A DNA stretch of 64,000 nt from Candidatus Latescibacterota bacterium (GTDB taxonomy: Bacteria; Latescibacterota; UBA2968; UBA8231): NCBI GenBank assembly GCA_964291625.2, contig OZ220089.1, positions 3,328,001 through 3,392,000 on the forward strand, read 5' to 3'. The position numbers were made by a program, and so were the translations under genes. The notes beneath the pieces were generated by a model. It did no database searches, was not told the origin of the DNA, and saw only the letters and a list, made by a program, of their open reading frames with translations. Positions 1 through 9,861 of the stretch are shown here, piece after piece; the stretch's first letter is position 1; each line of letters opens with the position of its first letter.

Positions 1-717
1 GTGATCGCCGGCGGGTGCTACCCCGACACCGCCATCCCGGCCGAGGCCAGCCGGATCGCCGCGGCCCTCGAGATCGACGCGCCGGGGATCGACCTCAACT
101 CCGCCTGCTCCACCTTCGGCGCCCAGATGCACTTCCTGTCCTCAATGTCCGGCCTTCCCCCCTTCGTGCTCGTCGTCAACCCGGAGAACACGACCCGCGC
201 CATCGACTACGGAGACCGCCGCACGGCGGTGCTGTGGGGCGACGGCACGAGCGCCGCCGTCCTCTCCTCGCGGGAACCGGGCCCTCTGCGGGTGGTGGAG
301 ACGACCCTGGCGGCCGACTCGGCGCGCTGGGAGGCTGTGCGCATCCCCCGCTTCGGCCACTTCTGGCAGGACGGCAACGCGGTGCAGCGCTTCGCCATCA
401 AGACGACCGCTTCCTCCGCCGAGGCCCTTCTGCCCGGCGCCCGCGAACGCACCGCGGCAACGGGCGGCCGGGTGCGTTTCATCGGCCACCAGGCCAACCT
501 GCTGATGCTCGAGGCCGTGGCCCGGCGGCTCGGCCTCGAAGAGGACGCCCACTGGTACAACGTCGACCGCTTCGGCAACACCGGGGCCGCCGGGGCGCCC
601 GGGGTCCTCTCCCAGTGCTGGGACGACATGAACGAGGGCGACTCCCTCATCCTGGTCGTCGTCGGCGCGGGGCTGACCTGGTCGGCGATGCGCATCGACG
701 CGGGGGACGGTCCGTGA
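1..717 (+). CDS. fabH: 3-oxoacyl-ACP synthase III (FabH-like), 5' end probably outside the window
   Basis: Catalytic Cys in DLNSACS, WGDG, His in GHQAN, Asn in FGNTGAA, C-terminal GAGLTW. Confidence 0.85.
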   Translation: MIAGGCYPDTAIPAEASRIAAALEIDAPGIDLNSACSTFGAQMHFLSSMSGLPPFVLVVNPENTTRAIDYGDRRTAVLWGDGTSAAVLSSREPGPLRVVETTLAADSARWEAVRIPRFGHFWQDGNAVQRFAIKTTASSAEALLPGARERTAATGGRVRFIGHQANLLMLEAVARRLGLEEDAHWYNVDRFGNTGAAGAPGVLSQCWDDMNEGDSLILVVVGAGLTWSAMRIDAGDGP

Positions 718-1304
718 CCTACGCCGAGTTCACCGAGCGCGGGTACTACCACGCCGAGGAGCTGCTGGCCCTGTCGCAGGGCAACCTCGTCGACGACGCG
801 CCCGAGGAGTTCATCCGCCTCCCGGCTCCACCCATGCTCATGATCACGCGGGTCACCGAGCTCGAGCGCCGGGGGCCGCGGGGCCGCATCGTCGGCGAGC
901 AGGACATCGCTCCCGCCGACTGGTTCTTCCATTGCCACTTCCGCTCCGACCCGGTGCAGCCCGGATGCCTCGGCGTCGACGGCGTCTGGCAGCTCGTGGG
1001 ACTCTACATCGCCGCCTGCGGCGCCCCGGGCTCGGGGCGGGCCCTCGGCTGCAAGGAGGTCGAGTTCGCAGGCCAGATCCGCCCCTACAACCGGACCGTG
1101 CGCTACGAGGTCGACATCCGCCGGTTCTCCCAGCTCAGGGAGTCCGGATCGGCCGTCGCCATCGGCACGGCGAAGGTCCTGGTCGACGGCGAGCACATCT
1201 ACACGGTGAAGGACGCCAAGGTCGGCATGTTCCTCGGCATCGCCTACCCCGACTACCCGCGGCGCTCGGAGCACAGCGTCGGCGGCATCATGGACCGAGC
1301 CTGA
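714..1304 (+). CDS. fabA: 3-hydroxydecanoyl-ACP dehydratase/isomerase (FabA-type)
   Basis: GTG start overlaps the fabH stop (GTGA); motifs RLPAPPMLM, WFFHCHF, DPVQPGCLGVDGVWQL, GRALG, FAGQI; catalytic Asp is FabA-type. Confidence 0.88.
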   Translation: MTYAEFTERGYYHAEELLALSQGNLVDDAPEEFIRLPAPPMLMITRVTELERRGPRGRIVGEQDIAPADWFFHCHFRSDPVQPGCLGVDGVWQLVGLYIAACGAPGSGRALGCKEVEFAGQIRPYNRTVRYEVDIRRFSQLRESGSAVAIGTAKVLVDGEHIYTVKDAKVGMFLGIAYPDYPRRSEHSVGGIMDRA

Positions 1305-1762
1305 TGCTGACGCCGGAGCAGGTCCTGGACCTCATTCCGCAGCAGCGGCCCTTCCGGTTCATCGACCGCCTCGTCGAGCTGGGCGAGGCCAGTGCCGTGG
1401 GCGAGTACACTTTCCGCGACGACGAGACGTTCTACGCCGGCCACTTCCCGGGGCATCCCGTGACCCCGGGGGTGATCCTCATCGAGACCATGTGCCAGAC
1501 GGGTCTGGTGGCCCTCGGCATTCACCTGCTGGGCATGGAGCTGCCGGCGCCGGAGGTGGCGAAGACGGTCACCCTCTTCACCGATGCCGAGGTCGAGTTC
1601 GAGCGCGTCGTGGGGCCGGGGGAGACGGTGCGCGTCTCCGCCGAGAAGATGTTCTGGAGAAGGAGGAAGCTGAAATCGAAGGTCGAGCTGAAGCTGGCCG
1701 ACGGGACCTACGTGGCCGGCGGCACGGTCTCCGGAATGGGAGTCGCCCGTGAGCAATTCTGA
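1304..1762 (+). CDS. fabZ: 3-hydroxyacyl-ACP dehydratase (FabZ family)
   Basis: ATG overlaps the fabA stop (TGATG); LIPQQRPFRFIDR and FYAGHFPGHPVTPGVILIETMCQ. Confidence 0.88.
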   Translation: MLTPEQVLDLIPQQRPFRFIDRLVELGEASAVGEYTFRDDETFYAGHFPGHPVTPGVILIETMCQTGLVALGIHLLGMELPAPEVAKTVTLFTDAEVEFERVVGPGETVRVSAEKMFWRRRKLKSKVELKLADGTYVAGGTVSGMGVAREQF

Positions 1763-3032
1763 AACGCGCGTCGTGGTCACCGGCATGGGGGTGCTGGCCC
1801 CCAACGGCCACGGCCTGGAGGAGTTCGGCCGGGCCCTTCGCGACGGGGTGAGCGGTATCGCCTTTCACCAGCAGCTGGCCGATCTGAACTTCGCCTGCCA
1901 GGTGGGCGGCGTTCCCGACGACGTGGAGGCGATCCAGGACCGCTACCTCACCGGCGAAGAGCTGTTCGCCATGAACGCCAACATGGTCTACGCCGCCATC
2001 GCCACCGTCGACGCCTGGACCGACGCCGGCCTGGACCTGCCCGAGCCCGACAGCGCCGAGCCCGACTGGGACACGGGCGGGATCATCGGCACCGGCATCG
2101 GCGGCATCGACACCATCGCCGAGACCCTGGCGCCGCGCACCCAGGCGGGCCGGGTGAAGCGCCTCGGCAGCACCATGGTCGAGCAGATCATGTCGAGCGG
2201 CAACAGCGCCCGCATCGCCGGCAAGCTCGGCCTGGGCAACCAGGTGAGCACCAACTCCAGCGCCTGCAACACCGGCACCGAGGCGGTCATCCAGGGCTAC
2301 CACCGCATCCGCGACGGCCTGGCGAAACGCATGCTGGCCGGCGGCTCCGAGGGCCACTCCCACTACATCTGGGCCGGCTTCGACGCCATGCGCGTCCTCA
2401 ACCGCACGAAGAACGACGACCCCGAGGGCGCCTCCCGACCGATGAGCGCCAGTGCCGCCGGGTTCGTCCCCGGGTCGGGGGCGGGCGTGCTCATGCTCGA
2501 GGAGCTGGACAGCGCCCGGGAACGGGGCGCCCGCATCTACGCCGAGGTCATCGGCTGCGCCCTCAACTGCGGCGGCCACCGCCAGGGGGGCAGCATGACG
2601 GCGCCAAACCCCGTGAGCGTGCAGCGCTGCCTGGGGGCGGCCCTCGACATGGCCGGTATCTCCGGCGAGGAGGTGGACGCCGTCAACGGCCACCTCACCG
2701 CCACCTTCGCCGATCCCCACGAGGTCCACAACTGGGCCAGCGCCCTCGGCCGCGAGCCTCGCGACATGCCCTGGATCCAGAGCACCAAGTCCCTCATCGG
2801 CCACGGCCTCGGTGCCGCCGGCGGCCTCGAGTGCGTCGCCGCCGTTCTCGAGCTGCACGAGGGATTTGTCCACGGGTCGCTGAATTGCGAAGATCTGCAC
2901 CCCGAGTTGGAGGCCTACGCCGACCGCATTCCCCACGAGAGCGTGGAGGCCCCCGATCTCGCGGTCATCGCCAAGGCCAGCTTCGGCTTCGGAGACGTCA
3001 ACGGCTGCGTCATCTTCCGGAAGTTCGACTGA
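1749..3032 (+). CDS. fabF: beta-ketoacyl-ACP synthase I/II (FabF/FabB family)
   Basis: RVVVTGMG, SSAC catalytic Cys, NGHLT, KSLIGHGLGAAG, SFGFGD. Confidence 0.9.
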   Translation: MSNSETRVVVTGMGVLAPNGHGLEEFGRALRDGVSGIAFHQQLADLNFACQVGGVPDDVEAIQDRYLTGEELFAMNANMVYAAIATVDAWTDAGLDLPEPDSAEPDWDTGGIIGTGIGGIDTIAETLAPRTQAGRVKRLGSTMVEQIMSSGNSARIAGKLGLGNQVSTNSSACNTGTEAVIQGYHRIRDGLAKRMLAGGSEGHSHYIWAGFDAMRVLNRTKNDDPEGASRPMSASAAGFVPGSGAGVLMLEELDSARERGARIYAEVIGCALNCGGHRQGGSMTAPNPVSVQRCLGAALDMAGISGEEVDAVNGHLTATFADPHEVHNWASALGREPRDMPWIQSTKSLIGHGLGAAGGLECVAAVLELHEGFVHGSLNCEDLHPELEAYADRIPHESVEAPDLAVIAKASFGFGDVNGCVIFRKFD

Positions 3033-3069
3033 CCAGAAAACCACTTCACCGCAACGAAGGAACGACACG

Positions 3070-3318
3070 ATGAACACGCAGGAAGTCTTCGACAAGGTCG
3101 TCGCCATCCTCAAGCCCTTCGCCAAGAACGAGGAAGCCCTGTCGGGGGTCTCCATGGCGACGTCGCTGCAGAACGACCTGGAGGTCAACTCCGCGCGGCT
3201 CGTCGATATCGTGCTGGAGATCGAGGACGCTTTCGGCATCGAGGTCTCGGACGACGACGCCGACCAGGTGGCCACCGTGGGCGACGCGGTGAACCTGATC
3301 GTGGCCACCTCGGGCTGA
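3070..3318 (+). CDS. acpP: acyl carrier protein
   Basis: 82 aa, acidic; DLEVNSARLVDIVLEIEDAFGIE with phosphopantetheine Ser; RBS GAAGG. Confidence 0.9.
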   Translation: MNTQEVFDKVVAILKPFAKNEEALSGVSMATSLQNDLEVNSARLVDIVLEIEDAFGIEVSDDDADQVATVGDAVNLIVATSG

Positions 3319-3354
3319 TCCCCGCCGCACCCCCTCCACTACCCGGCCGGCCTC

Positions 3355-4188
3355 GTGCGCATACCCGCCGATGAACGGGCCAGCCTGAACCACGTCGAGC
3401 GTCTCGGCCTCGCCTTCGCGGGGTGGATGAACGAGACGCCGGCGGTGCAACGCGCCTTCTACTGGCTCAACCTGCGCCTGCAGCGGCGGTTCGTGATGCT
3501 GGGCACCAGCCGCCGGACCCACCTGATCGGGCTCGAGCGGGTTGCCTCCCTGGAGCCCGACCGCGGCGTGATCATGGCGGCCAACCACCGCACCTTCCTC
3601 GATCAGTTCTTCATCCTCGCCTACCTCGTGGAGCACGTCGGGTTCTGGCGGCGCTGGTTCTTCCCCGTGCGCTCCAACTTCTTCTACGACAACCCCCTCG
3701 GCATTCTCGTCAACTTCCTGGCCAGCTCCTGCAACATGTACCCGCCGATCTTCCGGCCGCGGGCCAAACGCGGCGTCACCCGCGCCAGCCTCGACTTCCT
3801 GATCGAGCAGCTGCGGTCGCCGGAGACCTTCGTCGGCATTCACCCCGAGGGCACGCGGGGCAGGGGCCCCGACCCCTACGAGCTGCTGCCCGCCGAGCCC
3901 GGGTTCGGACGCGTCCTCCTGCAGTCGCAGGCCATCGTCATTCCCGTCTTCATCAACGGGATCAGCGACAACCTGGCCCGCGAGACGGTCTACAACTACA
4001 CCGGCTCGGGCCCCCCGGTGATCGTCGCCTTCGGCGCCCCTGTCGATCTGTCGTCTCTCGACGGGGAGGACCCGCGGCTGCTGCGCAACCAGGTCAAGGC
4101 GGGACGGCGGGTGCTTGCCGACGTGGCCAGGCTGGCGGAGGAGGAGCGCGAGCTGCGTCAGCGGCTCGAAGCCGGGGAGGCCTCCTGA
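3355..4188 (+). CDS. lysophospholipid/1-acyl-glycerol-3-phosphate acyltransferase (PlsC family)
   Basis: NHRTFLD (HX4D) and HPEGTRG motifs. Confidence 0.85.
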   Translation: MRIPADERASLNHVERLGLAFAGWMNETPAVQRAFYWLNLRLQRRFVMLGTSRRTHLIGLERVASLEPDRGVIMAANHRTFLDQFFILAYLVEHVGFWRRWFFPVRSNFFYDNPLGILVNFLASSCNMYPPIFRPRAKRGVTRASLDFLIEQLRSPETFVGIHPEGTRGRGPDPYELLPAEPGFGRVLLQSQAIVIPVFINGISDNLARETVYNYTGSGPPVIVAFGAPVDLSSLDGEDPRLLRNQVKAGRRVLADVARLAEEERELRQRLEAGEAS

Positions 4189-4781
4189 GGCAGGGCGGCG
4201 AAGGCCGCGAAGGGTCCGTCGTGGGAGAGGCTGATGTCGATGCCGGACGGCCGCCCGTCGAGCAGCAGCCGGGGCGGGGCCAGTCCGTCCCGGGCCCCGG
4301 GGTCGCGGGGCCTCTCGATGGCCAGGCGCGGCTCCTGCAGGCCGAAGTGGGCGGCCACCCCGCGCCGGGCGAGGTCGCGCACGGCCTGGCTCTGGTGGCG
4401 GCCCCCGGGGATGGGCTGCACGCCGGTCACCGCCCGCGCGGGATCTCCGCCGCCATGGACCGCCACCGCGTGGACCCACAGCGGGTCCGTTGAGAGCCGG
4501 ACTGCCATCACGACATCCCGGTACCGAACCCGGCTCATGGCGGTGTCCACCTCGTAGAGGCGCGGCGCGAAGACCAGGCCCGGGCGCACCTTTCCCGCCG
4601 CCTTGTAGGCGGCCTCCTTGGCGGCCCACAGCGACCACAGCAGCACCATGGGCTCGCCGCTGCCGGACAGGCGGTGGCGCTCGCCGGGAGCGCACACGCG
4701 CGCGACGAAGCGGGGCCGGAGGTGGTGCTCGGCGATCTCCGGGTCGTCCAGGTAGACCAGATCGTTGCCGACGGCGTTCAC
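4158..4781 (-). CDS. 4'-phosphopantetheinyl transferase
   Basis: VGNDLV, WAAKEAAYKA and ISLSHDG motifs; convergent with the ACP cluster. Confidence 0.85.
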   Translation of the reverse strand: MNAVGNDLVYLDDPEIAEHHLRPRFVARVCAPGERHRLSGSGEPMVLLWSLWAAKEAAYKAAGKVRPGLVFAPRLYEVDTAMSRVRYRDVVMAVRLSTDPLWVHAVAVHGGGDPARAVTGVQPIPGGRHQSQAVRDLARRGVAAHFGLQEPRLAIERPRDPGARDGLAPPRLLLDGRPSGIDISLSHDGPFAAFAALPQEASPASSR

Positions 4782-4904
4782 CTTGGCGTTCCGCTCTCCT
4801 TGGGAGGGGGATGGGCCTGGGGTGGACCCGTACCTAGGCGAAGGGGCCCGCCCCCGCGCAAACTGTGTTGACGGTTTCAGGACCCGCGCTTTGGTTCAAA
4901 CCCA

Positions 4905-5840
4905 ATGCGTGACGCCTCGGTCCTCCTTCCCGCAATCACCGCCTGCCTGCTCACGGGGGCCCTCGCCGGCTGTGGCGAGCCGGAGCTGGAACCCTGGCAG
5001 GTGCGGGTCCGCGGCGGCCAGAAGGCCCTCCACGACAAGCTCTACGACCGGGCCGTGACCCACTTCGGCGCCGCCCTGGAAGAGGCTGGCGCCGCGGGGT
5101 CCCGCGAGGGCCGGTTGGCCGCTCTCACCGGGTTGGCCATGGGCCGCGCCATGAGGGGCGACCTGGTCCAGGCCGAGAGCCTGTACGTCGAGGTGCTGGC
5201 CCTTCAGCGGGAGCGGATGGCGGCTGACAGCCTCTCGGGCCTGGTCCTGGCGCGCACCCTCGGCTCCCTCGCCGAGATCAGCCTGCGTCTCGGCCGCGTG
5301 GAGCGGGCCGAGAGCCACTGGTCCGAGATCCTGCAGCTGGGGAAGGAGGGTCTCGTGGATCTGCTCCCCGAGGAGCGAACGATGTCCTATACCCTGCACG
5401 GTCTCAGCAGGGTCCTGAGGTCGCGCGGCGACACGTCGCGGGCGGACTCCCTCGGCCAACGCGCCCTCGCCCTGCAGCTCTACGCCTTCGGCTTCGAGAA
5501 CGCCATCGGCAACGATCTGGGGAAGGCGGAGCAGTACTACGGTGAGTCCCGCGGCCATTTCGAGAGCCTGTACGGACCCGATCACGAGGACGTGGCACTC
5601 GCTCACCATGCCCTGGGCCGCCTGTACGAGTACCAGGGCCGGCGGGACGAGGCCGTCACCCAGTACCAGCGCGCCGTCGCCTCGTATCAGGGGGCCGGCG
5701 GGCCTCCCCTCGACCTGGCACTGGTCATGGAGGACCTGGCGGCGATCCTGGATGCCGGCCAGGCCGACGAAGCCGCCCGCCTCAGGCGGCGGGCCTCCGC
5801 CCTGCGCCAGGGCCGTCCGCCCGGGTCCGCAGTCAACTAG
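4905..5840 (+). CDS. TPR-repeat lipoprotein
   Basis: Lipobox LAGC; TPR_10/12-like helices (GPDHEDVALAHHALGRLYEYQGRRDEA). Confidence 0.75.
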   Translation: MRDASVLLPAITACLLTGALAGCGEPELEPWQVRVRGGQKALHDKLYDRAVTHFGAALEEAGAAGSREGRLAALTGLAMGRAMRGDLVQAESLYVEVLALQRERMAADSLSGLVLARTLGSLAEISLRLGRVERAESHWSEILQLGKEGLVDLLPEERTMSYTLHGLSRVLRSRGDTSRADSLGQRALALQLYAFGFENAIGNDLGKAEQYYGESRGHFESLYGPDHEDVALAHHALGRLYEYQGRRDEAVTQYQRAVASYQGAGGPPLDLALVMEDLAAILDAGQADEAARLRRRASALRQGRPPGSAVN

Positions 5841-6649
5841 CCCACCCTCCCGCGCCGATCTCCGGCCCGGCCCTGCGGCTCCTCGACGAGCCGGCGGCGG
5901 CGGAGCATGCGCAGCACCCACCAGGCCCCGAGAGCGCCGAGCAGGTGCTTGCAGGTGTGGCCGCTGATCCATCCACCGGCGGCGTACACCCACGGGTCGA
6001 GGATCTCGGCGCCCTTGGCGAGCCCATAGATCACGGCCGCCCCGTAGAGATCGGAGCCGCGCGTGTACGGCGAAGGCAGGAGGCGGACCATGAGGGGCAC
6101 AAAGACCACCGGGTAGGCCTGCGCCACGATGTAGTAGCGGAGGTCTCCGGCTCCCGCCTGCTCGGTGAAGTGCCAGTAGAGCACGCTGAAGAGTCCGAAG
6201 GCGACCAGCGGCGGCAGCGCCAGGAGACCCGCGCGCCGGTCCACGCGTTCGGCGAGGGCGGCGGCGAGAAAGGCCATGAAGGCGGCGCTCATGGGCAGGC
6301 GGTCCCACACCAGGGTCCCGTTGCCGGGGTCCAGGTGATACCAGGCGGAACCGAGCCCGACGAGCGCCACCGAGAGGAAGAGGACCTGGTAAGGCAGCGC
6401 GTCCGCCGGACGCTGGAAGGCCTGCTCGGTCCCGGCGAGGCGGAAGAGCGCGCGCAACCCCCACAGACCCACCAGGAGGAAGGGCAGGTTGGAGATCACG
6501 TTGAGGCAGTGGGGGATGCCGAGGAGGGTCCTCTGATCGGCGAACCGGTGATAGGCGGCGTCCTGCGCGATGGGGGCCTGCAGGAAGACGGCGGTCCAGA
6601 AGGCGACGGTGAGGCAGGCGAGCAGCCGCAGGCGGTGGTCGCGGTTCAT
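5837..6649 (-). CDS. ceramidase-like (CREST superfamily) membrane hydrolase
   Basis: Starts MNRDHRL; motifs YHRFADQR, SNLPF, GSAWYH, WDRLPM, SGHTCKH; about 7 TM segments. Confidence 0.8.
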   Translation of the reverse strand: MNRDHRLRLLACLTVAFWTAVFLQAPIAQDAAYHRFADQRTLLGIPHCLNVISNLPFLLVGLWGLRALFRLAGTEQAFQRPADALPYQVLFLSVALVGLGSAWYHLDPGNGTLVWDRLPMSAAFMAFLAAALAERVDRRAGLLALPPLVAFGLFSVLYWHFTEQAGAGDLRYYIVAQAYPVVFVPLMVRLLPSPYTRGSDLYGAAVIYGLAKGAEILDPWVYAAGGWISGHTCKHLLGALGAWWVLRMLRRRRLVEEPQGRAGDRRGRVG

Positions 6650-7983
6650 CGGGGCCTCCGCATCCACGATGCCCACACCGCCCCCGCCATGACGCACATC
6701 AGGGGGAGGGCGGGCAGGTGGTACCTGGGCATGACCACGGGTCCGGGCAGAACCAGGTAGTAGGCCACGAAGGCGAGGAAGATGCAGCCGAGGAACCACT
6801 CCCGGCGGTGCATCCAGCGGCCGAGCTGGACCAGGCATCCGAGGTAGGTCGCCCCGACGACGGCGAGGGCCGGCAGCAGGGGCAGCAGCAGCCAGGTGCG
6901 GTCGCCGAAGTAGTGGCGCACGGCGGCGAGAACCCCCTGGCGGTGCAGAGCGTCGAGGGTGCCCCGGCCCGACTGCGTCAGTCCGAGAATCTCGTAGAAG
7001 GAGGGCGCGTCGGGCAGCAGGATCGAGGGGTTGAAGTGCAGGCGCAGATAGGTCCACTTGTGGGCGTCGATCAGCTCCCGGGCCCTGGCGAGCTTGTAGC
7101 CGGTGCGGGCGTCCTCGTCTGGATAGCGGCGGGGATGGGCGGCGAACTCGGCCTCGGCCTCGCGGACCCAGCGGTCGCGCAGGGTGACGCGGGGGATCCC
7201 GGTCACCACCGACACGAGGGCGGCGCAATTGTGGTAGTAGAGCGTGTTGCCGACGTTGGTGTCGAGGCGGAAGCCGCCGCCGGCGAGGGAGTTGCGGTAC
7301 ATCCACGGAGCCAGGACCGCGGCGAAGATCAGCAGACAGCCCGCGGCCCCCATCAGCCGTTGGCGCACGGGGAGGCCCTGGAAGACGAGGACCAGGAAGA
7401 GGCAGGGCACGATCCACAGCAGTCCCGTGGGGCGGATCAAGGTACCGGTGGCGTCGAGGAACACGGCCAGCCACAGATCCGGCAGCCTCCGGCGGTAGTA
7501 GAAGCGGGCGAAGAAGTAGAGCATCCACGCCGTGACCAGGGCGAAGAGGGTGTCGGAGAGGTAGAACGGAGCCTGGGCGATGCTGGTGAGGTTGAGGGCC
7601 AGCAGCAGGGCGGCCACGGTTCCCCCCGCGGGGCCTCCGAACCAGCAGCCGACGCGGTACACGGGGACGCAGGTGAGGGCCCCGAGGACGCAGAAGAGGA
7701 GCACCGGAAGGTGAAGGCCCTTGCCGAGGACGCCGAAGACGAGGGCCAGGAAGGCCGGGTACCCGGGGCCGCGCAGGGTGTACGGCTCGGTCTCTCCCGG
7801 GGCTCCGACGTAACGGCCCTCTTCGAGCAGGGCCAGCGCCGGCTGCACGTACGAGGGCGTGTCGGGCCGGAAGAAGGCGGTCTCCGGCGCGGACATGCCG
7901 GGAATGGCCGCGCCGAGGCGCAGGATCGCGGCCAGGAGGACGACCCACCACACGCTCCGGCGCGGTGTCCGGGCTTCGGTCAG
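6646..7983 (-). CDS. GT-C (ArnT/PMT-like) membrane glycosyltransferase; start uncertain (CTG 7983 or GTG 7953)
   Basis: PDTPSY, RGPGYPAFL, LSDTLF, LIRP, PRYHLP motifs; many TM helices. Confidence 0.75.
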   Translation of the reverse strand: MTEARTPRRSVWWVVLLAAILRLGAAIPGMSAPETAFFRPDTPSYVQPALALLEEGRYVGAPGETEPYTLRGPGYPAFLALVFGVLGKGLHLPVLLFCVLGALTCVPVYRVGCWFGGPAGGTVAALLLALNLTSIAQAPFYLSDTLFALVTAWMLYFFARFYYRRRLPDLWLAVFLDATGTLIRPTGLLWIVPCLFLVLVFQGLPVRQRLMGAAGCLLIFAAVLAPWMYRNSLAGGGFRLDTNVGNTLYYHNCAALVSVVTGIPRVTLRDRWVREAEAEFAAHPRRYPDEDARTGYKLARARELIDAHKWTYLRLHFNPSILLPDAPSFYEILGLTQSGRGTLDALHRQGVLAAVRHYFGDRTWLLLPLLPALAVVGATYLGCLVQLGRWMHRREWFLGCIFLAFVAYYLVLPGPVVMPRYHLPALPLMCVMAGAVWASWMRRPR

Positions 7984-8930
7984 GGCAGCGGGCCTTCGAT
8001 CCGGTCGACCAGATCGACGGTGTGGATCACGTCGCGGAGATCCGTAAGGGGCGCCTCGCCCTTGTCGATGCAGTCGAGGAAGTGCTCGTGCATGGTGAGG
8101 GTGCCCTCGTAGCGGCGCACATCCTGCTCGTCGACGCCGTCCACCTCCCAGCCGCCCATGACGGTGGTGCGGTCGTCCTCGTGGATCTCGATCTGGCGCG
8201 GGATCTGCATGTAGCACCCGACTCCCACGCCGTGCAGCTCGGAGCGCAGCACCCGCCCTCCCGAGGCGCGGTTGCCGAAGACGACGCCCGTGGCGCCGTT
8301 GTCGAAGCGGACCATGGAGGTGTAGCAGTTGCGGCTCTCGCCCCCGAAGCGGTCCCGGTACGCCGTGACCTCCACCGCCTCGCCGCCGGCCATGTGACGC
8401 AGCAGGTCGACGACGTGGATCACGTCGTCCCACAAGGTGGTGCTGAACTCCTTCCCGTCGCCGCCGAGGACCCGCTTGTTGAAGGTGACGCTGGCCACCG
8501 ACACGGGCCCCCTGGCGGCCACGCGGCGCATGGCCTCGCGGGTGACGGCGGCATACCGGCGCTGGAGCCCGACCATGCAGGACACGTCGTTGGCGACGGC
8601 GGCGTCCAGCATCTGCCGGGTCTCGCCGCTGTTGGCGCCGGGCGGTTTCTCGATGAAGAGGTGCTTGCCGGCGTTGAGACAGTCGAGAGCGGGGTTCAGC
8701 ACCCATCTCTCGTGCATGACGCAGTAGACCACGTCGAGGTCGACGGTGGCCAGCATCTCCCGGTGGTCGCTGAAGGTGCGCTCGAAGCCGTACTCGTCGA
8801 CGACGAGTTGCAGGCGCTCCGCGTCGAGCTCGCAGACGGCGGCGATCTCGACGCCGTCGAGGCGGGCGAGAGCGGGATAGTGGGCGCTGCGGGCGCGTCC
8901 TCCGGCGCCGATGAAGCCGGCCTTGAGCAT
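7980..8930 (-). CDS. Gfo/Idh/MocA family oxidoreductase
   Basis: MLKAGFIGAG Rossmann start, KHLFIEKP, DVIHVVD. Confidence 0.88.
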   Translation of the reverse strand: MLKAGFIGAGGRARSAHYPALARLDGVEIAAVCELDAERLQLVVDEYGFERTFSDHREMLATVDLDVVYCVMHERWVLNPALDCLNAGKHLFIEKPPGANSGETRQMLDAAVANDVSCMVGLQRRYAAVTREAMRRVAARGPVSVASVTFNKRVLGGDGKEFSTTLWDDVIHVVDLLRHMAGGEAVEVTAYRDRFGGESRNCYTSMVRFDNGATGVVFGNRASGGRVLRSELHGVGVGCYMQIPRQIEIHEDDRTTVMGGWEVDGVDEQDVRRYEGTLTMHEHFLDCIDKGEAPLTDLRDVIHTVDLVDRIEGPLP

Positions 8931-9009
8931 GGGGGTTTCCGTCCTTGGCCGGTAATTACCGCCGCGGCAAACCACGCCGCAACCAAAGCCCCGGCCGGAA
9001 GGCCCGGTA

Positions 9010-9037
9010 TTGACCCTGTCGGCGGCTATCCTATTAT
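9010..9037 (+). promoter_or_regulatory. putative sigma-70 promoter
   Basis: TTGACC-N16-TATTAT in an AT-rich patch upstream of the zinc-ribbon/rnpB block. Confidence 0.5.
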
Positions 9038-9115
9038 ATCGGGTTTGGTATTTCGCGACCGGCCGGTCCGTCGGACCCGTGCGGCAGCCACTCGCTCCAC
9101 ACAGAGAGGAGTCCT

Positions 9116-9832
9116 GTGTCCCTCAAGGATGGTTTGCAGCAGTTGCTCAGGGTCCAGGACGTCGACCTCGAGCTCAAGGCCCTCGAAGAGGCCAAGAGCA
9201 AGTATCCCGCGGAGATCGAGGAGCGGCGCGGCGAGATCGACCGTGCGGAGCAGGACCTCAAGGAGCTCACCGAGCGCCTGGAGGATCAGCAGCGCCGACA
9301 GCGGCACTTCGAGCACGAGCTCGAGGACGCCCGCGAGCAGTTGAAGAAGCTGGAGGCGCGTTTTTCCGAGGTCCGCACCAACAAGGAGTACGACGCGCTC
9401 CAGCTCGAGGTCGAGGCCTGCAAGTCGAGGATGTCGGAGTACGAGGGCCAGATCCTCGAGCTCATCGAAGCGAGCGAGAGCGTTCGCGAGCAGGTCGATC
9501 TCGAGAAGCAGGATGTCGACGTGGTCCGCGAGGAACAGCAGTCGCGGATCGACGAGCTGCAGGGCCGCCTCGATTCCCTGCAGGGGGAGGTCGACGCCGT
9601 GCAGCAACGCCGTGAGTCCGAGGCGGAGGGGATCGACGGGGAACTGCTGCGCACCTACGAGATCTCCCGGAGCAACCGCGGGCTGACGGTGGCCGCCGTG
9701 CGCAAGGGCGCCTGCGGCGCCTGCTTCCGCCAGCTGCCGGCGCAGATGAAGAGCCGCGTCCGCCGCCACGAGCAGGTCGTCAGCTGCGAGAGCTGCGGCG
9801 CCCTGCTGGCCTGGGACGAGGAGTCTTCCTGA
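9116..9832 (+). CDS. coiled-coil C4 zinc-ribbon protein (CT398/HP0958-like)
   Basis: LQQLLRVQDVD start, long coiled coil, TNKEYDAL, CGAC...CESC; this family is often adjacent to rnpB. Confidence 0.85.
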   Translation: MSLKDGLQQLLRVQDVDLELKALEEAKSKYPAEIEERRGEIDRAEQDLKELTERLEDQQRRQRHFEHELEDAREQLKKLEARFSEVRTNKEYDALQLEVEACKSRMSEYEGQILELIEASESVREQVDLEKQDVDVVREEQQSRIDELQGRLDSLQGEVDAVQQRRESEAEGIDGELLRTYEISRSNRGLTVAAVRKGACGACFRQLPAQMKSRVRRHEQVVSCESCGALLAWDEESS

Positions 9833-9861
9833 GGCGGCCTCATGGCGCCAGGGCATCGAAC

